Shown one piece after another: positions 49,357 to 58,388 of a DNA stretch of 64,000 bases. The notes beneath the pieces are model-generated. The model searched no databases and had not been told where the DNA came from. It saw only the letters and a list, made by a program, of their open reading frames with translations. Each line of letters starts with the position of its first letter. The stretch's first letter is position 1. Source of the stretch: Thermodesulfobacteriota bacterium (GTDB lineage Bacteria > Desulfobacterota_D > UBA1144 > Nemesobacterales > UBA2774); assembly GCA_965223335.1 (NCBI GenBank), contig OZ244991.1:896001-960000 (forward strand), in the 5' to 3' direction. Position numbers and translations under genes: made by a program.

Positions 49357-49935
49357 ATGGGCAATGCACGTGGATCAATAATTGCATATTTTAAGGATTT
49401 CGTTTTAGAAACACACGGTGAGGGCGAGTGGCAAAAATTCTTAAACGAGCTCACACCTGAAGACGCAGAGATTTTAACCCAAGAGATATACAAACTAGAT
49501 TGGTACCCCGCACCCATATTAAACCGGGTAATCGAAGTTTATGATAAGCTCTACGGCAAAGGGGACTACCAATCGATAATCCCTATTGCCGAATACATTG
49601 TTACAGAAGACCTCTCCCCCGTATTCAATGTATTTCTCGATCTCAAAAACCCTACATTTATCCTAAACAACACCCCTTCGCTTTGGAAAAGATACTTCGA
49701 CACGGGCAAGGTAGTAGTAGAGTCGGCAGACGACGATAATAAGTTCTATAAGATACGCCTCGAAGAGTTGGCCGATGAGAGCCAGGTATCCGGCAGGGCT
49801 ATTTGCGATGTCGGTATACCGACTTGGATAAAAACAGGCCTTCACCTCACGGGAGCAAAAAATGTTAAAGCAGACCCAACAGAGTGCAGGTACCAAGGTG
49901 CCGAGCATTGTATTCTTGAGGTCAGGTGGGATTAA
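49357..49935 (+). CDS. Standalone H-NOX/V4R-like putative ligand-binding protein
   Basis: FV...HG...W, WYP, LWKRYFDTG, C-terminal C...G...C...V.W. Confidence 0.6.
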   Translation: MGNARGSIIAYFKDFVLETHGEGEWQKFLNELTPEDAEILTQEIYKLDWYPAPILNRVIEVYDKLYGKGDYQSIIPIAEYIVTEDLSPVFNVFLDLKNPTFILNNTPSLWKRYFDTGKVVVESADDDNKFYKIRLEELADESQVSGRAICDVGIPTWIKTGLHLTGAKNVKADPTECRYQGAEHCILEVRWD

Positions 49936-49959
49936 TGGATCTGTAAGGCACTAGCTCAA

Positions 49960-51093
49960 TCAGACCCTAAGCCTAAACCGTTTCGGGTACTTCGTTAGAT
50001 TCTCGCATCCCCTCTTCTTCACCAGCACAACGTCTTCGATCCGTACCCCCCCGATCTTCTCATAGTAGAGCCCAGGTTCCACTGTAACCACATTCCCCTC
50101 CACCAACACCTCGTCCCCGGGCCCTATCCTAGGCGGCTCGTGTATATCAAGCCCGAGCCCATGCCCTGTCGAGTGGATAAACCCCTGCGGCTTACCGTCC
50201 AGGTTGCGGGTCCGATAGCCTTGCTTCTCAAAATACTCGGTAATAGCTCCATGCACGTCTTTGCCCTTAATACCGTCGCGAATCATTTCAATCCCTATCT
50301 TCTGACCCTTAAGCACCGTGTTATACATCTTGATAATCTCCGGCGACGGTTCCCCCCTAATTACGGTACGGGTCATATCACCGAAATACCCGTGGGTCTC
50401 GGATCTGGGGAATATGTCTATGATTATCGGTTTATCGGCCGATACAGGTCCTGTGCCCGTGTGGTGGGGCATCGAGGAATGTACACCCGACGACACTATG
50501 GTGTGTGAGCCTATGAACCCTAGCCTCGAGAGCTCGGCGTTTATCTCGCCTTTAACCATCTCGGACGTAAGGACTTTTTGGCCCAGGTATAGTCTGTTCT
50601 TTTTAATCGTGGACGACGCTATCAGACGCTGGGCAAGGTCCATCGCGCGTGCAGTCTTGCGTAGTGAATCTTTAATGTTTTTTATCTCCCGAGCGTCCTT
50701 AACAAGCCTCTCGGGGCAAAACATTGGATCCTTACTTACCCTTAAATTAAAACCGCTCTTTCGCAGTTGATCGGCATATTTAACCGGGAAACTCCCCGGC
50801 ACATTAACTGTTTTTATCTTAAGCTCTCCCATCACAGTGCCGGCAATATCTACCAGATTAAATTTTTTCTTGTTATTGCTCCTAAGTTTTGCCACATACT
50901 CGGATAACGACAAAACCGTATCAACACTCGCTTCACTCCTACCCCTGTCGATCTCAAGATCGTTTAGTACCAGTATTTTTTTATCCTTATGCTCGATAAA
51001 AATTACTGGGTCGGGGACAAAAAACCCGGTTTTATAAAGCAGGTCTGCGTTATTCTCACTCTTATCTATAATAAGAGAGCTTTGTTTACTCAT
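49960..51093 (-). CDS. Xaa-Pro peptidase (M24 family)
   Basis: IIDIFPR, GDMTRT, HSTGHGLGLDIHE, TVEPGLY, GVRIED. Confidence 0.94.
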   Translation of the reverse strand: MSKQSSLIIDKSENNADLLYKTGFFVPDPVIFIEHKDKKILVLNDLEIDRGRSEASVDTVLSLSEYVAKLRSNNKKKFNLVDIAGTVMGELKIKTVNVPGSFPVKYADQLRKSGFNLRVSKDPMFCPERLVKDAREIKNIKDSLRKTARAMDLAQRLIASSTIKKNRLYLGQKVLTSEMVKGEINAELSRLGFIGSHTIVSSGVHSSMPHHTGTGPVSADKPIIIDIFPRSETHGYFGDMTRTVIRGEPSPEIIKMYNTVLKGQKIGIEMIRDGIKGKDVHGAITEYFEKQGYRTRNLDGKPQGFIHSTGHGLGLDIHEPPRIGPGDEVLVEGNVVTVEPGLYYEKIGGVRIEDVVLVKKRGCENLTKYPKRFRLRV

Positions 51094-51220
51094 CGATTAA
51101 CAAAATATACATAATTCACCTTTAGTTAATCAAGGTATAATCAAAGTGGTTAGCCATTACTGGTTAAATCCCCTTTATGATATAATGAGCTATCAATATT
51201 TACTGGGAGAAAAACAACCC

Positions 51221-51664
51221 ATGCTATACCGACTGGTTAAGTTAACTGTAGCAACTCTGTTAATTGCCTCGTTTGCCTTAGCTTCATTAGCCGAGAAAAC
51301 AGAATCAGCCAAAGAGCTCTCGTTTAAGCAGCTCTGCGAATCCACCTCCGATTTCCCCATGACATCCGACCAGCAGTATCGAGGTAAAAGAGTAAAATCT
51401 TCTATCAATGTGAGTAGTTCGAGAAAGATACTAACCGCGTGCAAAGGCGATGAAATCGGTATGTTTACTGTCGAGTTTATAGCTACAGACGACTATGTGG
51501 TACAGTGTGTTTGCACGAGTCCCGAGTTTGAAAAAGTGCTTAAATCCACCGAGGGATCTGAGCTTGGCATAGAGGGTATATTCGAATCCCTCACTTCCGT
51601 GTTCTTCGAAACCGAAACCAAGCAGTGCAAGATAACACTTAACGACTGCACATTTAAACAGTGA
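51221..51664 (+). CDS. Hypothetical exported Cys-rich protein
   Basis: Signal peptide (SLA cleavage), six Cys; stop overlaps the next start (GTGATG). Confidence 0.6.
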   Translation: MLYRLVKLTVATLLIASFALASLAEKTESAKELSFKQLCESTSDFPMTSDQQYRGKRVKSSINVSSSRKILTACKGDEIGMFTVEFIATDDYVVQCVCTSPEFEKVLKSTEGSELGIEGIFESLTSVFFETETKQCKITLNDCTFKQ

Positions 51665-52149
51665 TGTTAACAGTACTAAAATCATTATTTAGCCTTTCTA
51701 TGGTGTTTTGGATAGGGGGGCTCTTTTTCTTCTCATTTGTTGCGGCACCCAGTATTTTCAAGGTGCTAAGCAGAGAGACCGCAGGTGATGTGGTGGGCGA
51801 TATATTTCCCAAATACTACATGCTCTCATACGTATGCGGAGCGGTTGCACTAACTAGCTCCATAGCCCTTTGGTTTTTGACCAAAACCCAAAAGAGCAAC
51901 GCTGAGCCAATCATAATGCTCATACTTGTTGCCATGCTAGGACTTTCCGTATACGCGGGGCAGGTCATAGGCCCCAAGGCCAATGCAGCAAAGTTCGAGG
52001 TACGTAGCCTTAACGCAGAAACCCCCGAACACAACTCTGCGAAACTCAGATTCGCCAAGCTGCACCGCCAGTCCGTATTGGTTAACATCCTTGTGTTTAT
52101 AATGGGAATTGCCATTATAATCATTACCGCATATACTTATAAGCACTAG
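51664..52149 (+). CDS. DUF4149/TMEM205-like membrane protein
   Basis: WIGG..FFSFVAAPSIF, G.IFP.YY, FAKLHRQSV..N. Confidence 0.85.
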   Translation: MLTVLKSLFSLSMVFWIGGLFFFSFVAAPSIFKVLSRETAGDVVGDIFPKYYMLSYVCGAVALTSSIALWFLTKTQKSNAEPIIMLILVAMLGLSVYAGQVIGPKANAAKFEVRSLNAETPEHNSAKLRFAKLHRQSVLVNILVFIMGIAIIIITAYTYKH

Positions 52150-52179
52150 ATAATTGTATTTAAACGGAGGCAGTTATTT

Positions 52180-52503
52180 ATGTTTAGCGTAACTACAAAG
52201 GCAACGGACGAGATTAAGAGACTATTATCCGAAGAGGACATCCCCGAGGCGGTTCTTAGGGTCAGGGTAGTACCAGGGGGTTGTTCAGGTTTCGCATACG
52301 AGATGGGTTTCGATGACGAGACTGATGACTCGGATCAGATAATTGAAGCCGATGGAGTTAAGGTAGCCATTGACGAGATCAGCTACCCCTACTTAAACGG
52401 CTCTACACTAGATTATAACGACGGTTTAAACGGTACGGGGTTTTCAATCAACAACCCCAATGCCACAGGCTCATGCGGCTGTGGCCAATCTTTTACAGCT
52501 TAA
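52180..52503 (+). CDS. A-type Fe-S carrier (ErpA/IscA family)
   Basis: GGCSGF.Y and NPNA..SCGCGQSF. Confidence 0.95.
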   Translation: MFSVTTKATDEIKRLLSEEDIPEAVLRVRVVPGGCSGFAYEMGFDDETDDSDQIIEADGVKVAIDEISYPYLNGSTLDYNDGLNGTGFSINNPNATGSCGCGQSFTA

Positions 52504-52529
52504 AATCAAAAAATAACAAAAAGCTTTTT

Positions 52530-52572
52530 AAAAAAGACCGGTCTTGAATATATTTCAGACCGGTCTTTTTTT
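52530..52572 (+). terminator. Rho-independent terminator
   Basis: AAAAAAGACCGGTCT...AGACCGGTCTTTTTTT stem with a U-tract. Confidence 0.85.
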
Positions 52573-52770
52573 GAGTACCGCTCGAAAAATTGCACAAATA
52601 ATGTTATTTTCTATGTGAATGGTGGTAGTGAATAAAGACCCTAAGGTATAACCTGTTTAGAACCCTGGAATACTATCTGGCGATGTAATCAACTCGTCTA
52701 TCTGAGTGTTGAATACAGTATTACCAGGTGTAGGCACCTCGAGCGATATGAGAAATGGAGCCCAAACGAG

Positions 52771-54588
52771 ATGAGTCGAACCTCTAAACTTACATCCATA
52801 CACGAAAACGCAAAATCCTATAACAAGGTCAAAGCCAAGCATATTGTCGAGTCTCTGTACAAGGATTTTACCCCCTATCAGGAGATCGAGGATTTCTCGC
52901 TCGAATTGACTGCCCCCTCGGGCCAAGTAATCAAACTTGAAGATGACCCTGCAATGCTGATAGGCACCGCCACACTGCGTTCAAACGACAAGCGAGTTGC
53001 AATAATAGCCCAGCAAATGCCCTCAAGCGATAACGAGCGTGCAACCCTTAACTACGGACTCATAAAAGCAGACGGGTACGGGCTTGCGTACAACATGATG
53101 GAGTACGCTGAGCAGAACGGATTATTCGTACACACATTCATAGACACTATAGGCGGCGACCCGTTTGAATACTCCGCCGAGAAACTACAGTCGTGGCTAA
53201 TATCCTACTGCCAGTCTAAAATGATCTCGCTTAAAACTAAATCCGTATCACTAGTAATTGGGAGCGGTGGCAGCGGGGGTGCGATCGCACTACAGCTCGC
53301 TCACCGCAGGCTCATGTTGTCACGCGCCGAGTACTCGGTGATTACCGCAGAGGGATGCTCGGCAATCTTATTTCGAAGTGCCGAGAAAATCGAACAGGCG
53401 CTAGAGGTACTACAACCCACATCCGAGTACATGCTGCGCTACGGTATAGTCGACAGAGTAATTAAGGAGCCGGCCATAAACGGCACTGAATATATGTCCA
53501 AAGTTCTCGCGAGCATAGAAAAGGCCATCAAAAAAGCCACCGATGAACTTGAAAAATCCGATATTACATATCTTCACGACGACCTGGTCGGTAGAATCGA
53601 AGAATGCGGCGGATTAGAAAAAGGCGAGCATTCCTATTACACAATCGCAAAAAAAATTAAGAGCTGGTTCCCCTCAAACCCCTTCGGCAAATCCACTACC
53701 CCTGAGGTATCTCAGATGCAGATCGCTCTTTACGGTGCCGAGCCCTATTTCTGTAACGACGAAAAAGATGCAGAAGGCAATATTACCCGGCAGGGCTGCC
53801 GGCAGCATTTTGCAAAAGAGGATTACGAAAAAAATTTCTACACTTGTCCCTACTGCCGTAAACCCAACCCTATGGGCTCCGATGACTATCTACACTTACT
53901 ACTTGACCACGACTCTTTCCACGAGATCCATCCCAACCTCTCTACAGATGATATCGATGCCAGATTTAATTTCTATAATTACTCGGACAGCCGTAAAAAG
54001 ATGTCTAAACGCACGGACTCCAAAGACTCCTTGATAATAGGGTACGGCACACTGTTCGGCACACCCGTGGCGATAGCTGTCAGTGACTTTCGGTTTATGG
54101 GTGGGTCCATGGGCGCAGTATTTGGAGAAAAATTTAGACTGCTTACTGAATTTGCACTCATGAAAAACCTCCCCGTGCTTTTTATTACAGCCTCCGGCGG
54201 AGCTAGGATGCAGGAAGGTACAGTAGCACTTTATCAGATGGCAAAAACCATCTCCTCGGTCCTAAAACTAAAGGCATCGGGACTACCGTTTATTTCGATC
54301 CTGGGGCACCCCACTACCGGGGGAGCATTAGCGAGCTATGCGGTGCAGGGGGACTTTATAATTGCCGAGAAGCGTGGCACAGTGGCATTCGCGGGGGATA
54401 GGGTAGTAAAACTTACAAGTGGGGGCAGGGGGGTAGACCCGAATGTAATGACGTCCGAGTTCTTTGCCAAGCAGGGTGGGATACATCTGGTGATTGAACG
54501 AAGCCAGATGAAATCCGCACTCTCAGGGATCTTAAAACTCACTAAGTGGTATATGGATAGACACAACATGAAACCGCTATTATCCTAG
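52771..54588 (+). CDS. Fused acyl-CoA carboxylase carboxyltransferase (AccA-like then AccD-like)
   Basis: N-half: FIDT.G, GGSGGAIAL, YSVI..EGC.AIL. C-half: zinc ribbon ending CPYC, DFRFMGGSMG.V.GEK, SGGARMQEG, PTTGG, FAG.RV. Confidence 0.88.
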   Translation: MSRTSKLTSIHENAKSYNKVKAKHIVESLYKDFTPYQEIEDFSLELTAPSGQVIKLEDDPAMLIGTATLRSNDKRVAIIAQQMPSSDNERATLNYGLIKADGYGLAYNMMEYAEQNGLFVHTFIDTIGGDPFEYSAEKLQSWLISYCQSKMISLKTKSVSLVIGSGGSGGAIALQLAHRRLMLSRAEYSVITAEGCSAILFRSAEKIEQALEVLQPTSEYMLRYGIVDRVIKEPAINGTEYMSKVLASIEKAIKKATDELEKSDITYLHDDLVGRIEECGGLEKGEHSYYTIAKKIKSWFPSNPFGKSTTPEVSQMQIALYGAEPYFCNDEKDAEGNITRQGCRQHFAKEDYEKNFYTCPYCRKPNPMGSDDYLHLLLDHDSFHEIHPNLSTDDIDARFNFYNYSDSRKKMSKRTDSKDSLIIGYGTLFGTPVAIAVSDFRFMGGSMGAVFGEKFRLLTEFALMKNLPVLFITASGGARMQEGTVALYQMAKTISSVLKLKASGLPFISILGHPTTGGALASYAVQGDFIIAEKRGTVAFAGDRVVKLTSGGRGVDPNVMTSEFFAKQGGIHLVIERSQMKSALSGILKLTKWYMDRHNMKPLLS

Positions 54589-54811
54589 TCTATTCTCCCC
54601 AGATTTATGGGCTCTAGCGCTCATTCAATCATATCATATAAGAACCTCCCTCATATTTATCATGTACTGGAATCTCTATATATATGTAATTACAAGAGGA
54701 TAGAAATAGCAATGACATTTGAAACCTATTACAATGTTATGATACTAGCTCGAATGCTGTAGCCGAGGCTGCGGAGCTGTATCAAGTTATTTTGAATTAA
54801 GATCCGTAACA

Positions 54812-56677
54812 ATGACAAAGAATCATGATAAAACAACCGTCGTTATAGGCGGGGGCCCGGCAGGGCTCACCGCGGCATACGAGCTCTCTAAAACCGATAT
54901 TAAATCCATAGTAGTCGAGAAAGACGAGGTTGTGGGGGGGTTAGCAAGGACTGTCGACCGTAACGGTTTTCTTTTCGACATCGGGGGACACCGGTTCTTC
55001 ACAAAGGTAAAAGCCGTAGAAGAGATGTGGAACGAGGTCCTCCAAGACGATTTCCTGCATCGCGATAGACTCTCCAGGATCTACTACAACAACACCTTCT
55101 TTTACTATCCGTTTAAGGTCTCAAACGCCGTTTTCGGGCTCGGTGTATGGAACAGCATCCTCATACTCACAAGCTATTTCAAAGCCCAGCTACTCCCTCT
55201 AAAACCCGAAGACACATTCGAGACCTGGATAACAAACCGGTTCGGTACCAAGCTGTATCAGATGTTCTTCAAAACATACACCGAGAAGGTCTGGGGCATA
55301 CCCTGCGACCAGATCAGCGCGGAATGGGCTGCTCAGAGAATAAAAGGCCTCTCCCTTATGAGTGCGCTCAAAAATGCGCTAATCAGTACAAATAACGGGA
55401 ACAACGACAAAGTTATCAAAACGTTGATAGATAAATTCCACTACCCCAAACTCGGCCCCGGGATGATGTGGGAGAAGGTGCGAGACATAGTAGAGAGCAG
55501 GGGCCACGAGGTTTTATTAAATTCTTGTGTGGATAAGATTGTATGGAATGGCGAGAAATTAGAATCTATCGAAATAGTATCGGGTAATGAAAAAACTACA
55601 CTTAGCGGTGACCATTTCATAAGCAGCATGCCGATACGCGAGCTTATAGCCAAGCTCGACCCTAAACCCCAGTCCAGTATTGAGGAGGCCGCCAACTCAC
55701 TTAATTACCGCGACTTTTTAACCGTAGTAGTAATCCTCGACAAACCCGAGGTTTTCCCCGATAACTGGATATATATCCACGACCCCGATGTAAGTGTAGG
55801 CAGGATACAAAATTTTAAGAACTGGAGCCCGTATATGGTTCCCGACCCGGCTAAAACATGCCTTGGGCTAGAGTATTTTTGCTTCGAAGGCGACGATTTG
55901 TGGGACTCCACCGACACCCAGCTTATTGAGCTTGCCTCGAAAGAACTCGAGACACTCGGTTTAGTCAACGCCTCTGATATTACAGAAGGTCATGTTGTTA
56001 GAATGCCCAAGGCCTATCCCGTCTATGACTCTACCTACCGGCAATCTCTCGCCACCATTCGCGATTTTGTCAATAATATAGACAACTTGCAGTTAGTAGG
56101 ACGAAACGGAATGCACAGGTACAACAACCAGGACCACTCCATGCTAACCGCCATGCTGGCTGTGAAAAATATTCTAGGCGCAGACTATGACCTTTGGCAG
56201 GTAAACATGGACAGCGAATACTTGGAGGAGCAAACCGAGGCTGAGGGTACACGCCAACAAGAGTATGCAGACCTCGAGTCAACCCAGCCACGTGTACCTG
56301 TTACCGTTAACCCCGAAACTGTGGCAAGTGCAGAACAGGCACTTATCATTAGGGCCTTTTCCAGACTCGACCAGTTTGCACTGGGTGTGTCAGTGGGATC
56401 TGTAAGTGCAATCGGCATTTTATTGGCGACTATGATCTTAGTACTTAAGGGAGGCCCCGTGGTCGGGCCCAACATGCAATTGCTAAGCAACTATTTTCAG
56501 GGCTATACCGTGAGCATTCAAGGAGCGTTTTTGGCTGCGGGGTATTGCTTGTTCCTGGGTTTTATATTCGGTTGGCTTTTTGCATATTTAAAAAACCTGT
56601 TTACAGCTATTTACATATTCGGTATTAAAAAGAGATCTGAATTAAATAGATTCAGCGACTTTTTAGATCATATATAA
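54812..56677 (+). CDS. FAD-dependent oxidoreductase (HemY/UDP-galactopyranose mutase-like superfamily) with C-terminal membrane domain
   Basis: IGGGPAGL, DIGGHRF, YTEKVWG, WIYIH, GRNGMHRYNNQDHSM; hydrophobic C-terminal ~100 aa. Confidence 0.85.
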   Translation: MTKNHDKTTVVIGGGPAGLTAAYELSKTDIKSIVVEKDEVVGGLARTVDRNGFLFDIGGHRFFTKVKAVEEMWNEVLQDDFLHRDRLSRIYYNNTFFYYPFKVSNAVFGLGVWNSILILTSYFKAQLLPLKPEDTFETWITNRFGTKLYQMFFKTYTEKVWGIPCDQISAEWAAQRIKGLSLMSALKNALISTNNGNNDKVIKTLIDKFHYPKLGPGMMWEKVRDIVESRGHEVLLNSCVDKIVWNGEKLESIEIVSGNEKTTLSGDHFISSMPIRELIAKLDPKPQSSIEEAANSLNYRDFLTVVVILDKPEVFPDNWIYIHDPDVSVGRIQNFKNWSPYMVPDPAKTCLGLEYFCFEGDDLWDSTDTQLIELASKELETLGLVNASDITEGHVVRMPKAYPVYDSTYRQSLATIRDFVNNIDNLQLVGRNGMHRYNNQDHSMLTAMLAVKNILGADYDLWQVNMDSEYLEEQTEAEGTRQQEYADLESTQPRVPVTVNPETVASAEQALIIRAFSRLDQFALGVSVGSVSAIGILLATMILVLKGGPVVGPNMQLLSNYFQGYTVSIQGAFLAAGYCLFLGFIFGWLFAYLKNLFTAIYIFGIKKRSELNRFSDFLDHI

Positions 56678-56710
56678 TGTCATTGAATTCCCGTTATAAT
56701 CGAGGTATTA

Positions 56711-57037
56711 ATGCCGCAAAAGCCGAGTGAAGAGCAACAACTTAAAGAAGCAGTCGCATTTTTGAACGCCAAGATGCTGGGTTTGGTTCTGGGACTGCTG
56801 TTAGGAGCTGCGATTTTTATTGCAACTATCTGGCTTGTTTTAAAAGGACCCCACATAAGCAAGACGGGAGAAGTCATTTTGGGCCCTCATTTAAGTTTAC
56901 TAAAACAGTTTTTCATCGGATACAGTGTTTCAATCCCCGGCAGTATTATCGGTTTTCTCTACGGCTTTGCGGTCGGTACGATCTGCGGTTCGTTAATAGG
57001 TTGGATTTATAACAAGATAGTTATACTCAGAAGGTAA
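56711..57037 (+). CDS. Small membrane protein homologous to the C-terminal domain of the preceding gene
   Basis: Shared AT..LVLKG...GP...LL..(F/Y)F.GY.VS..G...G...W..N pattern; GAGG RBS. Confidence 0.8.
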   Translation: MPQKPSEEQQLKEAVAFLNAKMLGLVLGLLLGAAIFIATIWLVLKGPHISKTGEVILGPHLSLLKQFFIGYSVSIPGSIIGFLYGFAVGTICGSLIGWIYNKIVILRR

Positions 57038-57064
57038 CTCTCCCTTTCACAACCTAGCTATAAA

Positions 57065-58249
57065 ATGAGAATCCTATTGGTCAATGACTACGGTACGGCG
57101 ACTGGGGGCGCAGAGTTGCAAATGCTAATGATCCGTCAAATGTTAAGACAACAGGGTCATGACGCAAGATTATTCACAAGCTCCGCAAGAATTAACGGCC
57201 AAAGTAACCTGGCAGATTATACAAGCTTCGGTACCACAACCGGTTTTAGAACACTCGCTCAAACCCTAAACCCATTTGCGTATCTGAAACTACGACAGAT
57301 CATATCGAACTTTAGACCCGAAGTTGTTCATATAAGAATTTTTCTCACCCAACTCTCACCCCTTATACTGCTTGCACTGGGCGACATACCTACCATTCAA
57401 CACGTTGTTTGGTACCGCCCCATCTGCCCTACGGGCACTAAATTTCTTCCAAACGAAACAATTTGTAACCATAGACCTGGCAGGCCCTGCATTGATAATC
57501 GTTGTATACCTATTCAGGATTACTTACCCCTTATGCTGCAACAAAAATTATATAACAACTGGCGCTCAAAAATAAATTTAACACTCGCAAATAGTTTGGC
57601 TGTTAAAAAACGTCTTACTGATGAGGGTTACACCGATGTCGATGTACTACATAACGGGGTAGTTTCAAGGCCGATTCGAAAACATATCTCTGATACCCCA
57701 AAGGTAGTGTTCGCCGGCAGACTTGTGCGCGAAAAAGGCACCGACTTACTCTTAAGAGCATTTTTTAAAGTCAGATCTAACATCCCTGACACCCAATTGC
57801 TGATCGCAGGCTCTGGGCCCGAGTACGCACCGATTAAATCACTTATAGACAAATTAGGTCTAAGAGAAAATGTCCATTTACTCGGCCAGATATCTGCGGA
57901 AAAAGAAGATGAGCTCTTCGAGGATGCTTGGGTACAGGTCGTCCCGTCCCTGTGGGAAGAACCCTGCTCCAACTCCGCACTCGAGGCCATGATGAGGGGC
58001 AATGCTGTCATTGCCACAGACATCGGCGGGTTCACGGATTTTATAGAGCACGGTACAAATGGACAGCTCGTACCCCCAAATGACGAAGAGGCGCTAGTAA
58101 CGGCTTTATTAAGCATATTGGGAGATAAGAGCCTGGCAATCGAGCTCGGTAAAAATGCACACGCCTCGATAAGCAAAAGATTTAACTCCGAGAATCATAT
58201 CAATAAGCTTGAGCAAATATACAAAAACCTGATTGAATCCGATAAATGA
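57065..58249 (+). CDS. Glycosyltransferase family 4 (paralog 1)
   Basis: GGAE, FAGRLVREKG, PSLWEEP...LEAM. Confidence 0.92.
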   Translation: MRILLVNDYGTATGGAELQMLMIRQMLRQQGHDARLFTSSARINGQSNLADYTSFGTTTGFRTLAQTLNPFAYLKLRQIISNFRPEVVHIRIFLTQLSPLILLALGDIPTIQHVVWYRPICPTGTKFLPNETICNHRPGRPCIDNRCIPIQDYLPLMLQQKLYNNWRSKINLTLANSLAVKKRLTDEGYTDVDVLHNGVVSRPIRKHISDTPKVVFAGRLVREKGTDLLLRAFFKVRSNIPDTQLLIAGSGPEYAPIKSLIDKLGLRENVHLLGQISAEKEDELFEDAWVQVVPSLWEEPCSNSALEAMMRGNAVIATDIGGFTDFIEHGTNGQLVPPNDEEALVTALLSILGDKSLAIELGKNAHASISKRFNSENHINKLEQIYKNLIESDK

Positions 58250-58388
58250 TAAAGAGCACCCGAAGCCCTTAAATATATTTTCGGAAACGAAGATGACGAC
58301 TATATTCTAAAGATAAAAAGAGCGAAGTTTTTTAAGAAAGAACATGAATAGGGAGTAGTTTACCTAAAACGCGCTTTGTTTTATTTCT

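Noticed and set aside
52600..52790. Possible 6S RNA
   Set aside because: Inverted repeats exist, but I could not see the long closing stem and central bubble of 6S; kept only as an unexplained leader.
54755..54780. ops/JUMPstart-like element ahead of the glycosylation locus
   Set aside because: Small hairpin (CTGTAGCCGAGGCTGCGG) with only partial similarity to GGCGGTAG; insufficient evidence.
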